Position numbers and translations under genes: made by a program. The notes below the pieces were generated by a model. That model had not been told where the DNA came from. It was given only the letters and a program-made list of their open reading frames with translations, and did no database searches. From Phycisphaerae bacterium (GTDB taxonomy: Bacteria > Planctomycetota > Phycisphaerae > UBA1845): a DNA stretch of 35,052 bases. Numbering within the stretch: position 1 is the stretch's first letter; each line of letters begins with the position of its first letter. Shown piece by piece: positions 8,182 to 17,629 of the stretch. Location of the stretch: contig JAJDDU010000411.1 of assembly GCA_029260155.1 (NCBI GenBank), positions 1 to 35,052 on the forward strand, in the 5' to 3' direction.

Positions 8182-8471
8182 GAGACTGTTGGACAACGCC
8201 GACCCAGACATTGCCGCATCGATCGGCCATCGCTGGAGTTCCGGCGCTACTGACGACGCCCCGTGTACGCTTGCCCCTGGACCGGAGTTTTCCACCGACA
8301 CCGTACGCAGATTGCGTTGGATGCCGGTGTACACTACATTCGTCTGGCCGTGCGTGATGATATGCCGTTGACGCAGGAGCGCTTGCCGCAGCAGATCCTC
8401 GATTGATGTGACGGCCTCGCGGAAGCGTTCAAGTCCGACGTGCTGGAAGTATTTGTCGAGGTGCGCGACCA

Positions 8472-9788
8472 GTGTTGTGTCAGCATAGATTTGTGGGATC
8501 GCGATCGTGGTTTTTGGTGGTTGTTGCTTGCGGTCTGGTCGTAGTGCCGGCAGTTGTCGCTCAGACGCAAGGGACTCCGGACGTGAAGACCTCGCTTGAG
8601 TCGGCCGCCATCGCCCTGGAGGAGCATCGTCCGTCGGACGCGATGGATGTGCTGCGATCGGTCGAACACCTCGAACGCGACAATCCCTGGATGTGGTTCT
8701 ACCGCGGGCTCGCTCAACTTGAGCTCGGTGACTGGTATGGCTCGATGGAGAATCTGGATCGTGCGCAGGATCTGCTGACTGCGCACGGAGGCTCTGACCC
8801 ACAGCTTGCAGCCGGTATCGCCGAGTACCGTCGGCGGGCGCGCAATCAAGTGTTCAATGTTACCTATCAAGCCGGGCTGACGTACGACGGAAACGTGACC
8901 TTCCTCGGCAGCGGCGGGGCGGGATTCAACATCTCCGGACGCGGTGATGGCAAGTTCACGTCCCGGCTTGAACTCCAATACGCCCCCATCGCCGACGCGA
9001 CCGAGACGGTCATCTTCGGCGTTCGTGCCAGTGACTCTTGGCACTTCAGAATCGACGAGTTCGATGAGCAGGATTACGGCGTAACGATGCGTTACAGTCG
9101 CGTTTTGAGCGAGCGATGGAAAGCGGCTGTTCAATACGACTACGACATCTACTATCTTGGCAACGAGCCGTTCCTTTCGGACCACGCCGTCAGCCCGAGC
9201 GTCGAGTACTCCTGGCCCCACAGCGTTTCACGCTTCAGGCCGATTGCGACGACGTTGCTCTACAAGATCGAATCCAGAGACTTCCTTTTCGACACTGCCC
9301 CCGAGTTCGACCGCGACGGATTCACCAACGCAGTCGCCGTGGAACAGTCCTTCAAACTACAGCCCATCGGCGACAGCGATTGGACTTGGGATGTCTACGG
9401 AGGATACCTGTTTGAGTCGGTGGCCACTGAGGGCAGTGAGTTCGATCGTTTGGACCACGTATTCAGCCTCGGTTTCGCCATGCCGCTTTCCAATCCGTTG
9501 CTACCCGCCAAGTCGCTTACGCTACGATTCGACGCAGCCTGGGAAATCGCCGACTACCGTCGGAACAGTGTGATCGACTTCAGTGGTGACGAGCGGTCCG
9601 ATCTCATCACCGCCTTGGGCGCGGTCTTGTCCCAGCAGTTGTTCTGCGATCCCGAAACGGGCGACGTCACTTTGCATGGGATCGTCGGCTGGACCAACGC
9701 GGACTCAAACGTCACGCTTCGCGGCGGTCCAGAGCCGTTTACCTACGACAAGTGGGTTGCGGGCATCCAGCTTGAATGGTCGTGGTGA
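8472..9788 (+). CDS. Secreted TPR-containing probable outer-membrane beta-barrel protein (Slam/DUF560-like architecture)
   Basis: Signal peptide (FLVVVACGLVVVPAVVA), TPR-like helices (PWMWFYRGLAQLELGDWYGSMENLDRA), AGLTYDGNV strand, alternating aromatic beta-strands and a terminal aromatic residue (GIQLEWSW). Family not confirmed. Confidence 0.6.
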   Translation: MLCQHRFVGSRSWFLVVVACGLVVVPAVVAQTQGTPDVKTSLESAAIALEEHRPSDAMDVLRSVEHLERDNPWMWFYRGLAQLELGDWYGSMENLDRAQDLLTAHGGSDPQLAAGIAEYRRRARNQVFNVTYQAGLTYDGNVTFLGSGGAGFNISGRGDGKFTSRLELQYAPIADATETVIFGVRASDSWHFRIDEFDEQDYGVTMRYSRVLSERWKAAVQYDYDIYYLGNEPFLSDHAVSPSVEYSWPHSVSRFRPIATTLLYKIESRDFLFDTAPEFDRDGFTNAVAVEQSFKLQPIGDSDWTWDVYGGYLFESVATEGSEFDRLDHVFSLGFAMPLSNPLLPAKSLTLRFDAAWEIADYRRNSVIDFSGDERSDLITALGAVLSQQLFCDPETGDVTLHGIVGWTNADSNVTLRGGPEPFTYDKWVAGIQLEWSW

Positions 9789-9844
9789 AGATCGCGTGCT
9801 CGTCACAAGTGTCATCATGTGGCACTTTCGTCGCGGTAACACGT

Positions 9845-10381
9845 TCAGTCGAGTGGATCGCAGTTCATTGCGTCGAGACCGTCGAGACTCTCCGGGTCGG
9901 GCGGGACGTCAAACACGTCGAGCCACCGCTCCGCCTCGGCCGACGACGGCGACGCGGGCTTTTCTTGTTCGGTTGCGACGGATTGAGGGGCGGCTTTGGC
10001 GGGCGGACACAGCTCCGCCACAAAGTCCTCTGATCGCGTACACGCGCATCGTCGGTACTTGGCTTCGTGACGGATCACGCTGTCGGTGGTCACGACGCGG
10101 ATCGACGCCGGGATCTTGGACTGATGAACCATTCGGATGATCACGTCGTCGGCTGTCTCGGAACCGCTGAAGCAGATCGTCAAGCGCGGAGATTTCATCT
10201 GCTTGGCTATGGCGCCTCGGGGGACACTGCCGTCGAATGCCACCGTCACGTTGTGATCGTGGGTTCGAGCCCACCGTTCCAAAAGCCTGACGAGAGTTTC
10301 GCGTCCGGTGTGTGGGCCGGGGGCGTGCGCGTGCATGGCGTGCATCAGATTGTTCCCGTCGATGATGATGTGCTTGGCCAT
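9845..10381 (-). CDS. NYN/YacP-like (PIN-fold) putative RNase
   Basis: IIIDGNNLMHA, VAFDG, ETADDVI and VVTTD carry the conserved acidic residues of NYN domains. Confidence 0.8.
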   Translation of the reverse strand: MAKHIIIDGNNLMHAMHAHAPGPHTGRETLVRLLERWARTHDHNVTVAFDGSVPRGAIAKQMKSPRLTICFSGSETADDVIIRMVHQSKIPASIRVVTTDSVIRHEAKYRRCACTRSEDFVAELCPPAKAAPQSVATEQEKPASPSSAEAERWLDVFDVPPDPESLDGLDAMNCDPLD

Positions 10382-10391
10382 CGGGAATCAC

Positions 10392-11798
10392 TCAGACTTC
10401 GTCGCCCAGCTTCATCGCCTCGATCACAGCGTCGGTTTCGATGGGCAGTTCTTCGGTGATATTCTCGGGACCGCCTTGTGCACGAACGTGTACGATGTCC
10501 TCCAGGCGAATCCCGCCGAAATGCGACTCGATGAGTGCGTCGACGGCGGCGCGGTTCACGCAATCTGCAAATGGGCTTACCAGGTCGTCCCGCGCCCAGA
10601 TGGCCGGCACGATGTAGATGCCGGGCTCGATCGTGACGGTCATGCCCACTTCGAGGTCGCGGTCGAGGCGCAGGGCGTTGTCGCCGAAGCCGGTTCGACG
10701 CTCCCGACCGGGTGCGTAGCCGGCAAGATCGCCAAAATCCTCCATGTCGTGCGTGTCCAAGCCGATCAGGTGGCCGACGCCGTGCGGGAAAAAGAGGGTG
10801 TGGGCCCGACGCTCGGCGAGGTCGTCGGGTTCGCCTCGAAGCAAGTCGGCTTCGATCAGCCCCTCGCAGATTACACGGGCGGCGAGATCGTGAACATCTC
10901 GATATCGGCGCCCTGGGACGCAGGCGGCGATGGCTTCTCGCTCGGCACGCAGAACGACGTTGTACAGCTGCTTCTGAATGGCTGTGAACTCGCGCGACAC
11001 CGGGCAGACGCGCGTGTTATCACTTGCGTACCCACCCGGTTCTGCGGCGCCGCCATCCACAAGGAGCAAGTCGCCGGGATTCATCGTGTTGTTGTAGCCA
11101 AGACAGTGCAGAATTTCGCCCCGCACCGTAACGATGGGTGTGAATGACGCGACGCAGCCGCCCGCTATGAGCGTCGACTCAAAGGCGGCAGCGATTTCCG
11201 CCTCCGAGCGTCCAGCCACGACGCAAGCCATGGCCACCTCATGCGCGTCGGCTCCGATGTCGGCGGCGTCGCGCATGGCTGTCAGCTCGTGGTCGTCCTT
11301 GACGTTTCGCATGTCAATGATCTGCAGCAGTTCGTCCGCGGCTGCCGGTTGCAAGCCGAGCGACGTCACCCAGTTCAGGGAGGCGGGGCAGGGCGGGCAG
11401 ATCGAGGCAGACTCACGTTTCGCCAGCAGCTCTTCAATGTCGCGAGGTGCGCGAATTGCGCCGACGGACACTCCGGCGGCTGCGGCGATGACATCGTCTT
11501 GCACGGGTTCGCCGGTCCACACGGCGTCGTCAGGGTCTGCGAGCGGACGCAACAAGGTGCTGCCGGCCATGCCGTCGCTGTTCGGCTCGATGATCCACGC
11601 GGCGCCTTCGATGGGAGGTCCGCCGAAGTAGAGGTAGGTGCTACCTGCCCGGAAGGGGTAATCCAGCCCGGCATAGGTTCGAGCGCGGGCTCGCCCAGCG
11701 AGGATTACCAGGGGGCGCTTCAAACCGGCTGCGAGTCGCGACCGCCGCTGCGTGTAGACCTCTGGTGGGGCGGTCATATTCAGTATCTGCTGTGCCAT
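10392..11798 (-). CDS. pepP: Xaa-Pro aminopeptidase / M24B peptidase
   Basis: YPFRAGSTYLYF N-domain, LLLVDGGAA..GYASDNTR, FPHGVGHLIGLDTHD, TIEPGIY and GGIRLEDIV. Start uncertain (11798 or 11777; ORF track gives 11897). Confidence 0.88.
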   Translation of the reverse strand: MAQQILNMTAPPEVYTQRRSRLAAGLKRPLVILAGRARARTYAGLDYPFRAGSTYLYFGGPPIEGAAWIIEPNSDGMAGSTLLRPLADPDDAVWTGEPVQDDVIAAAAGVSVGAIRAPRDIEELLAKRESASICPPCPASLNWVTSLGLQPAAADELLQIIDMRNVKDDHELTAMRDAADIGADAHEVAMACVVAGRSEAEIAAAFESTLIAGGCVASFTPIVTVRGEILHCLGYNNTMNPGDLLLVDGGAAEPGGYASDNTRVCPVSREFTAIQKQLYNVVLRAEREAIAACVPGRRYRDVHDLAARVICEGLIEADLLRGEPDDLAERRAHTLFFPHGVGHLIGLDTHDMEDFGDLAGYAPGRERRTGFGDNALRLDRDLEVGMTVTIEPGIYIVPAIWARDDLVSPFADCVNRAAVDALIESHFGGIRLEDIVHVRAQGGPENITEELPIETDAVIEAMKLGDEV

Positions 11799-12141
11799 TC
11801 TCACGTTCTCCGTCATTGGGTGGCGACAAGCCTGGGCGTCTTCCGCGTTATCGGGCATTGCCAATCTAGGATCCTCGATCTCCAGCTGGACCCACACACC
11901 GCGATCCTATCGCAAAAGAGCCCCGGAAACACGGGCGGTTTCGTCGCCCCCTCGCAATCTTGGCATCTTCAATCTTCGGCGGCGCCCCGCCGGCCATGTT
12001 CCGGGGCAGGGATGGTTCGACTTCGACACCAACATCACCTTGGTCAGAAAAACCGACGATATTCATGGGAAAGGTCTGGGAACCGACTTGTCTTTGGCAT
12101 CCGAGGTGTTTATTCTTCGTTAGCGGACGAAGGAGTCGCAA

Positions 12142-12609
12142 GTGAACGTTATAGACGACTTGTTTGAAGACCGTGTCAGTGGGTTGGGGATGAGCGATCC
12201 CGTGATCGTCGCACCGGGCGATACGATCGCGGCGGTCATCGCGCTCATGCAGCGCGAACGCGTGGGGTACGTGGTCGTCATGGAAGGTGATGTCCTCCGT
12301 GGCGTGTTCACCGAGCGCGACGTTCTGAAACACCTGCTCGCCACGGGAGTGCCCAACACCGCGCGCATCGATAGCGTGATGACGCACAAGCCTCAGACGC
12401 TGAGTCTCGCCGAGACCGTATCCGACGTTATTCGCAAAATGCATGAGGGGGGATTTCGCCACCTACCGGTTCTCGATGAGCACGGTAAGGTCGCCGGGAT
12501 CGTGTCGGTCAAGCGTGTTGTGCAGTACCTCGTGGAGCACTTTCCCGAGGCTGTTTACAACTTGCCGCCGGAACCCGCGAGCGTTTTGACGTCGCGTGAA
12601 GGGGGCTAG
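12142..12609 (+). CDS. Stand-alone CBS-pair protein
   Basis: GTG after AAGGAG; GVFTERDVL, VMT, GGFRHLPVLD and GIVSV CBS motifs. Confidence 0.88.
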   Translation: MNVIDDLFEDRVSGLGMSDPVIVAPGDTIAAVIALMQRERVGYVVVMEGDVLRGVFTERDVLKHLLATGVPNTARIDSVMTHKPQTLSLAETVSDVIRKMHEGGFRHLPVLDEHGKVAGIVSVKRVVQYLVEHFPEAVYNLPPEPASVLTSREGG

Positions 12610-12670
12610 CGATTTCGCCACGGCGAATGCCACGACTTTTTTCCACCAACGACGAGGAGCTTTGAGTTTC

Positions 12671-14527
12671 ATGGCCGGACCAACGGCAGCGCAACCAGCC
12701 GGGACAGTCGAGCGATTGGACGGCGTTGTCGTTCGCTTCGCAGGCGACTCCGGCGACGGCATGCAGCTTGCGGGTACGCAACTGACGAATACCTCCGCGA
12801 TCTTCGGAAACGATATCGCGACATTGCCCGACTACCCTGCGGAGATTAGAGCGCCGGCGGGGTCGCTGGCTGGGGTGAGCGGGTTTCAGATCAACCTGAG
12901 TGAGGCCCGCATCCATACGCCCGGCGACGGATGCGACGCGCTGATCGCCATGAACCCCGCAGCTCTCAAGGCCAATCTCGAAGACCTCAACGTGGGCGGC
13001 GTTGTGGTGGTCAATTCGGATGCGTTCACCAAGGGCAATCTCGCCAAGGCCGGTTACGATGAGAACCCGCTTGAGGGCGATTCGCTCGACCGCTACCGCG
13101 TCATCAAGGTGCCGATCGATACATTGACCACCGAAGCGGCCAAAGACACGGGACTGGGCACCAAGGCGATTCTGCGGACGAGGAACTTCTTCGCCCTTGG
13201 CTTCGTCTACTGGATGTACGGCCGGTCCGTGGACACGACCCTTGCCTGGATCGAGTCCAAGTTCAAGAAGGTTCCCGCAGTCGTCGACGCGAATGCCAAA
13301 GCCCTTAAGGCGGGGTACTTCTTCGGCGATACGACCGAGGCGGTTGCGGTCCGCTACGAGATCAGAAAAGCCGACATCGCCGCGGGTACCTATCGCAAGG
13401 TCACGGGCAACGAAGCCGTCGCCATCGGAATGGCCGCCGCCGCACAACGCGCGAACAAGTCGCTATTCTACGCCAGTTATCCGATCACGCCGGCCAGCGA
13501 CATCTTGCACACGCTGTGCCGGTACCAGAGCTACCGCGTCAAGACCTTCCAGGCCGAGGATGAGATTGCGGCGATGGCGGCTGCGATCGGCGCCTCGTTC
13601 GCCGGATCGCTAGGCAGTACGGGCACGAGTGGTCCCGGTCTTTGTCTCAAATCCGAGGCCATCGGCTTGGCAGTCATGACCGAACTTCCTCTCGTGATCG
13701 TCAATGTGCAGCGCGGCGGGCCGAGCACCGGGCTCCCCACGAAGACCGAGCAGTCCGACCTCCTCCAGGCTGCGTTCGGCCGACATGGCGAGTCGCCAGT
13801 GCCCGTACTGGCCGCCGCTACGCCGAGCGATTGCTTCGCCATGACGCTTGAGGCCTACCGGATCGCGATTCGCTACATGACACCCGTCCTGCTCTTGACC
13901 GACGGATACCTCGGCAACGGTGCGGAACCTTGGCGCATTCCCGAAGTCGACTCGCTGCCCGATTTGCGCGTCGAGCATCCCAAAGCCAATGGTTCGGCCT
14001 TTCAGCCGTACGCACGCGACGGCAAGCTGGCGAGACCCTGGGCGATACCGGGAACCAAGGGCTTGCAGCACCGAGTCGGAGGGCTTGAGAAAGCAAACAT
14101 CACCGGGAATGTGTCGCACGACCCGCAGAACCACGAGGACATGATTCGCCTTCGCGCGACCAAGATCGCCGGAATCGCAAACGACATTCCGCTTCAGGAC
14201 GTCGAGGGTCCTGCAGACGCCGAGTTGCTCGTTCTAACTTGGGGGAGCACCTATGGGGCAGTCATCACCGCCGTGCAGCACGCCCAAGCGAAGGGGCTGA
14301 GCGTCGCCTCGGCGCATTTGCGGTATTTGTTCCCCTTCCCCAGGAATCTGCAAGACGTGTTGCGGTCCCACAAGAAGATTCTGATACCCGAAATGAACGG
14401 CGGGCAGCTGCGCTTCATGGTTCAAGGCCAATACCGGGTCGACACCGTCGGGTACAGCAAGACTCAGGGGAAACCGTTTCGAATCGCCGAGATCGAACAG
14501 AAGATTGACGAAGTGCTGAAAGGCTGA
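12671..14527 (+). CDS. korA: 2-oxoacid:ferredoxin oxidoreductase alpha subunit (gamma-alpha fusion)
   Basis: ATG after GAGGAG; RFAGDSGDGMQLAG, PAEIRAPAG, YPITPASDIL, QAEDEIAA and VQRGGPSTGLPTK. Substrate specificity is inferred. Confidence 0.93.
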   Translation: MAGPTAAQPAGTVERLDGVVVRFAGDSGDGMQLAGTQLTNTSAIFGNDIATLPDYPAEIRAPAGSLAGVSGFQINLSEARIHTPGDGCDALIAMNPAALKANLEDLNVGGVVVVNSDAFTKGNLAKAGYDENPLEGDSLDRYRVIKVPIDTLTTEAAKDTGLGTKAILRTRNFFALGFVYWMYGRSVDTTLAWIESKFKKVPAVVDANAKALKAGYFFGDTTEAVAVRYEIRKADIAAGTYRKVTGNEAVAIGMAAAAQRANKSLFYASYPITPASDILHTLCRYQSYRVKTFQAEDEIAAMAAAIGASFAGSLGSTGTSGPGLCLKSEAIGLAVMTELPLVIVNVQRGGPSTGLPTKTEQSDLLQAAFGRHGESPVPVLAAATPSDCFAMTLEAYRIAIRYMTPVLLLTDGYLGNGAEPWRIPEVDSLPDLRVEHPKANGSAFQPYARDGKLARPWAIPGTKGLQHRVGGLEKANITGNVSHDPQNHEDMIRLRATKIAGIANDIPLQDVEGPADAELLVLTWGSTYGAVITAVQHAQAKGLSVASAHLRYLFPFPRNLQDVLRSHKKILIPEMNGGQLRFMVQGQYRVDTVGYSKTQGKPFRIAEIEQKIDEVLKG

Positions 14528-14532
14528 CGACA

Positions 14533-15555
14533 ATGTCCGTCGAAGTGGAAATAGCGAAGCTGACCGCCAAAGACTATGCCAGCGACCAGGACGTACGCTG
14601 GTGTCCGGGGTGCGGGGATTACTCGATTCTTGCCCAGACCAAGAAGGTCATGGCCAAGATCGGAATTCCCAAAGAGAAGTATGTCGTGGTCTCCGGGATC
14701 GGCTGCTCCAGCCGCTTCCCTTACTACATGGACACGTACGGCATCCACAGCATCCACGGCAGGGCACTTGCCATTGCGACGGGGGTGAAGTTGGCCCGCC
14801 CCGACCTGCAGGTCTGGGTTGCCACAGGCGATGGCGACGCGTTGAGCATCGGTGGGAATCATTTCCTGCACGCCATCCGCCGCAACATCGATATCAACAT
14901 CCTCCTGTTCAACAACCGCATCTACGGTCTGACCAAGGGGCAGTATTCGCCGACATCGGAAATGGGCAAGAGGACCAGGTCGTCGCCCAATGGTTCCATC
15001 GACTTCCCGCTCAGGCCGCTGTCCGTTGCCATTGGCGCAGAGGCGTCGTTCGTTGCCCGTACCCACGACGTCAACGTCGCGCACCTTGGCGAGATGATCG
15101 AGCGTGCCACGCAGCACAAGGGAACTTCCTTCGTGGAGATTTACCAGAACTGCAACATCTTCAACAATGGCGCTTTCGATTACGCTACGGGCAAGACCAC
15201 GCGGGACGATACGACCATCGCGCTTGAGCACGGTCGGCCACTCATTTTCGGCAAGGAACGCAAGAAGGGCATCCGCCTCAATGGCCTATCGCCGGAAATC
15301 GTAGACGTGGGCAACGGCATCAAGGACGACGATCTACTGTTCCATGATGAGCGTTCCACGGAGCCGACTCTGGCCTACATGCTCAGCAGAATGTACCACC
15401 CGGAATTCCCGGAACCGATCGGCGTCTTCCGGGCGATCGATCGCCCGTCTTACGATGAAATGCTTGAGGATCAGGTCGAAGCGGCCGTCGCTGCCCAGGG
15501 CGAAGGGACGCTCGAAGGCCTGCTGACCGGCGGCGACACGTGGGTCGTCGAGTAA
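14533..15555 (+). CDS. korB: 2-oxoacid:ferredoxin oxidoreductase beta subunit
   Basis: WCPGCGD, SGIGCSSR and the TPP motif GDGDALSIGGNH...NNRIYGLTKGQ. Confidence 0.93.
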   Translation: MSVEVEIAKLTAKDYASDQDVRWCPGCGDYSILAQTKKVMAKIGIPKEKYVVVSGIGCSSRFPYYMDTYGIHSIHGRALAIATGVKLARPDLQVWVATGDGDALSIGGNHFLHAIRRNIDINILLFNNRIYGLTKGQYSPTSEMGKRTRSSPNGSIDFPLRPLSVAIGAEASFVARTHDVNVAHLGEMIERATQHKGTSFVEIYQNCNIFNNGAFDYATGKTTRDDTTIALEHGRPLIFGKERKKGIRLNGLSPEIVDVGNGIKDDDLLFHDERSTEPTLAYMLSRMYHPEFPEPIGVFRAIDRPSYDEMLEDQVEAAVAAQGEGTLEGLLTGGDTWVVE

Positions 15556-15645
15556 TCGCCACCGGCTAGTTGCCGGGGGAGAGAGGCGAGCGAACCGTCG
15601 TTTGCCTTGCGGGCTGGGATTGAGGTCGATTCAGGGAGATTGACG

Positions 15646-16176
15646 ATGGACTGTCCGTCATGCGGATTCGAGAACATCGCCGGCGCGGATCACTGTGCCG
15701 AGTGCGAGACTGATTTGACGGACCTCGACGTCCGGGTCGGCAAGACCGCCTTCGAGCGGAGTGTCATGAAAGACCCTGTCGCCCGCTTGATCCCGAACCA
15801 TCCACTCAAGGTGCCGCCGTCCACCCCCCTTCGTGATGCTGTTCAGCAGTTGATTGACAGCGGACGCAACTGTGCGCTCGTCGTCGACGAAGACGGCAAG
15901 ATGACTGGCATTATCACCGAGCGCGACGTGCTCTTGCGTGTCGCCCATCGCTTCGACGAGGTGGCGGATCTGCCGCTGGCTGAGTTCATGACACCCGACC
16001 CCGAACGCCTGCGCCCTGTTGATACGGTCGCCTTCGGTCTGAATCGGATGATGGTTGGCGACTACCGTCACCTCCCGGTCGAGAAGGACGGCAAGGCTCT
16101 TGGCGTCGTCAGCGTTCGCCACATCATTGGCTACATCGCCGAGCGTAACCCCGCCATCCTGGCCACCGCGCGCTGA
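15646..16176 (+). CDS. Zinc-ribbon + CBS-pair protein
   Basis: ATG after AGGGAG; N-terminal CPSCG-x8-HCAEC ribbon; GIITERDVL, FMTPDP and YRHLPV CBS motifs. Confidence 0.88.
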   Translation: MDCPSCGFENIAGADHCAECETDLTDLDVRVGKTAFERSVMKDPVARLIPNHPLKVPPSTPLRDAVQQLIDSGRNCALVVDEDGKMTGIITERDVLLRVAHRFDEVADLPLAEFMTPDPERLRPVDTVAFGLNRMMVGDYRHLPVEKDGKALGVVSVRHIIGYIAERNPAILATAR

Positions 16177-16407
16177 GGTCGGCGGGGTGCATCGCGAACC
16201 GAGTGCTCCGGCCCTCAACCCCGCCCAAGACGAGCCCGCCAACAAAGCAACCTCCCAAGGACGTGACCTCGCGGGCGACCGACGCAATAGACTCGACGTC
16301 TCCATAGAGCGCTAACCTACACGGCAACCATTGAGCGTCACTTGATCAACCTCGCGCGCTTCGCCAAACTCGACGCCGAACGAGCGGTGGATCCGCCGAT
16401 CTTCACT

Positions 16408-17280
16408 TCAAGGGTGCGGTTGCTTCGCCCGGGCGCGCAATGCGGTTTCGATTGACTCGCCGGCCTCGTTCAGTCGTTGCACGGTGATGATGCGCATTGC
16501 GGCGACACGGTTGATTACGTTGTCCGCGTTTAAGCGGATACGGCTGAGTTGGGTGATCTTCTGGTTTTTGATCCTCTGAATGTTGTGCTGTGATTTCGTG
16601 CGTCCCTTGTTGGTCTTCTTGTGCTGAATGTTGAATTTGGCATCCCGGATGCGCTTGTCGAAGTTGAGATCTTTCCTGCGGTACGTGTCGAGCAGCTTGT
16701 TCGCACGATCACTTAACGAAAAGATCTCCTTTACAGACCTCAAAGCGTCTTTGAGAACCTCGCCGACTTCCTCATTGCCTTCCTGCGGAAACTGCGCATA
16801 TTCGCCGATCGACATCTCGCCGTGTTTCGAGCGCATGTGCCGCTTGTAGGCTCGACTTCCTTCGATCGCTTCGAATCTGGCGGAGTATTTGACCCATTCG
16901 TCCACGTAACGATCGCTGGATACAGGCTCGCGGTACATCCTGTGTCCGGTGATGCGGCGGCCGGTGGCCGTTTGCGTTATTTCCAATCCGTCACGTTGTT
17001 CCACGACCGTTCGGCCGAGCGCGGGCGAAACGAGTTCCTCGAACTCATAGAACATTCTTTGCAGATCCAGAAGCGTCGCTGTGGACTCGCGCACAACCCG
17101 ATCAGCCTCTTCGTCCGTGAAGTTGAACGTCTCCCCGCCATCGGCTGTGAATTCGATGCTGCCGGCCGTGCGCTTGTAATCGCCGCTCAACTTGCGGCCA
17201 TCATGAAGATACAGTTTGTCGGCACTCGCGCCACTTGTGAAGGCGGCAGTAACGAGCACGAAAACGAGCGTCCTTCTCAT
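16408..17280 (-). CDS. Secreted hypothetical protein
   Basis: 290-aa ORF with signal peptide MRRTLVFVLVTAAFTSGASA, then DKLYLHDGRKLSG, and a basic helical C-terminal half. Confidence 0.7.
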   Translation of the reverse strand: MRRTLVFVLVTAAFTSGASADKLYLHDGRKLSGDYKRTAGSIEFTADGGETFNFTDEEADRVVRESTATLLDLQRMFYEFEELVSPALGRTVVEQRDGLEITQTATGRRITGHRMYREPVSSDRYVDEWVKYSARFEAIEGSRAYKRHMRSKHGEMSIGEYAQFPQEGNEEVGEVLKDALRSVKEIFSLSDRANKLLDTYRRKDLNFDKRIRDAKFNIQHKKTNKGRTKSQHNIQRIKNQKITQLSRIRLNADNVINRVAAMRIITVQRLNEAGESIETALRARAKQPHP

Positions 17281-17629
17281 GGGTAGAGCGCCTTTCGAGT
17301 AAGACCCTGCGCCTCAGGGCGAGCCGCGTGATCGACCATGTTACGTCACTCCGAAGTGCCTCGCGTCCAATCCCATTCTACCCCACAGGCATGTTTTCGA
17401 TCCAGAAAAGAATCGCCGATGTGGACCGGATGGACGCCGAGGAAGATGACCGACGCCTGCGCTTTCGCAGCTTTGTTTGCGGAGCACCGGCGTCTCGCGG
17501 TCTGGTGGGGGTTGACGGGGGGGTGTGAGTTTTGACAATGCGGTGTCCTGATCGGGGCTTCGTTTGATGGCGGGGTGCGCGGGCGCGGGCGGCTTCCCTT
17601 GGCATGACGAGGATGGGACTGTTGATGGT

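Noticed and set aside
8182-8471. Small ORFs between ppdK and the barrel gene
   Set aside because: No RBS, motif or codon-style support; treated as intergenic.
12010-12032. tRNA T-arm-like fragment GGTTCGACTTCGACACCA
   Set aside because: No T-stem pairing or cloverleaf; likely chance.
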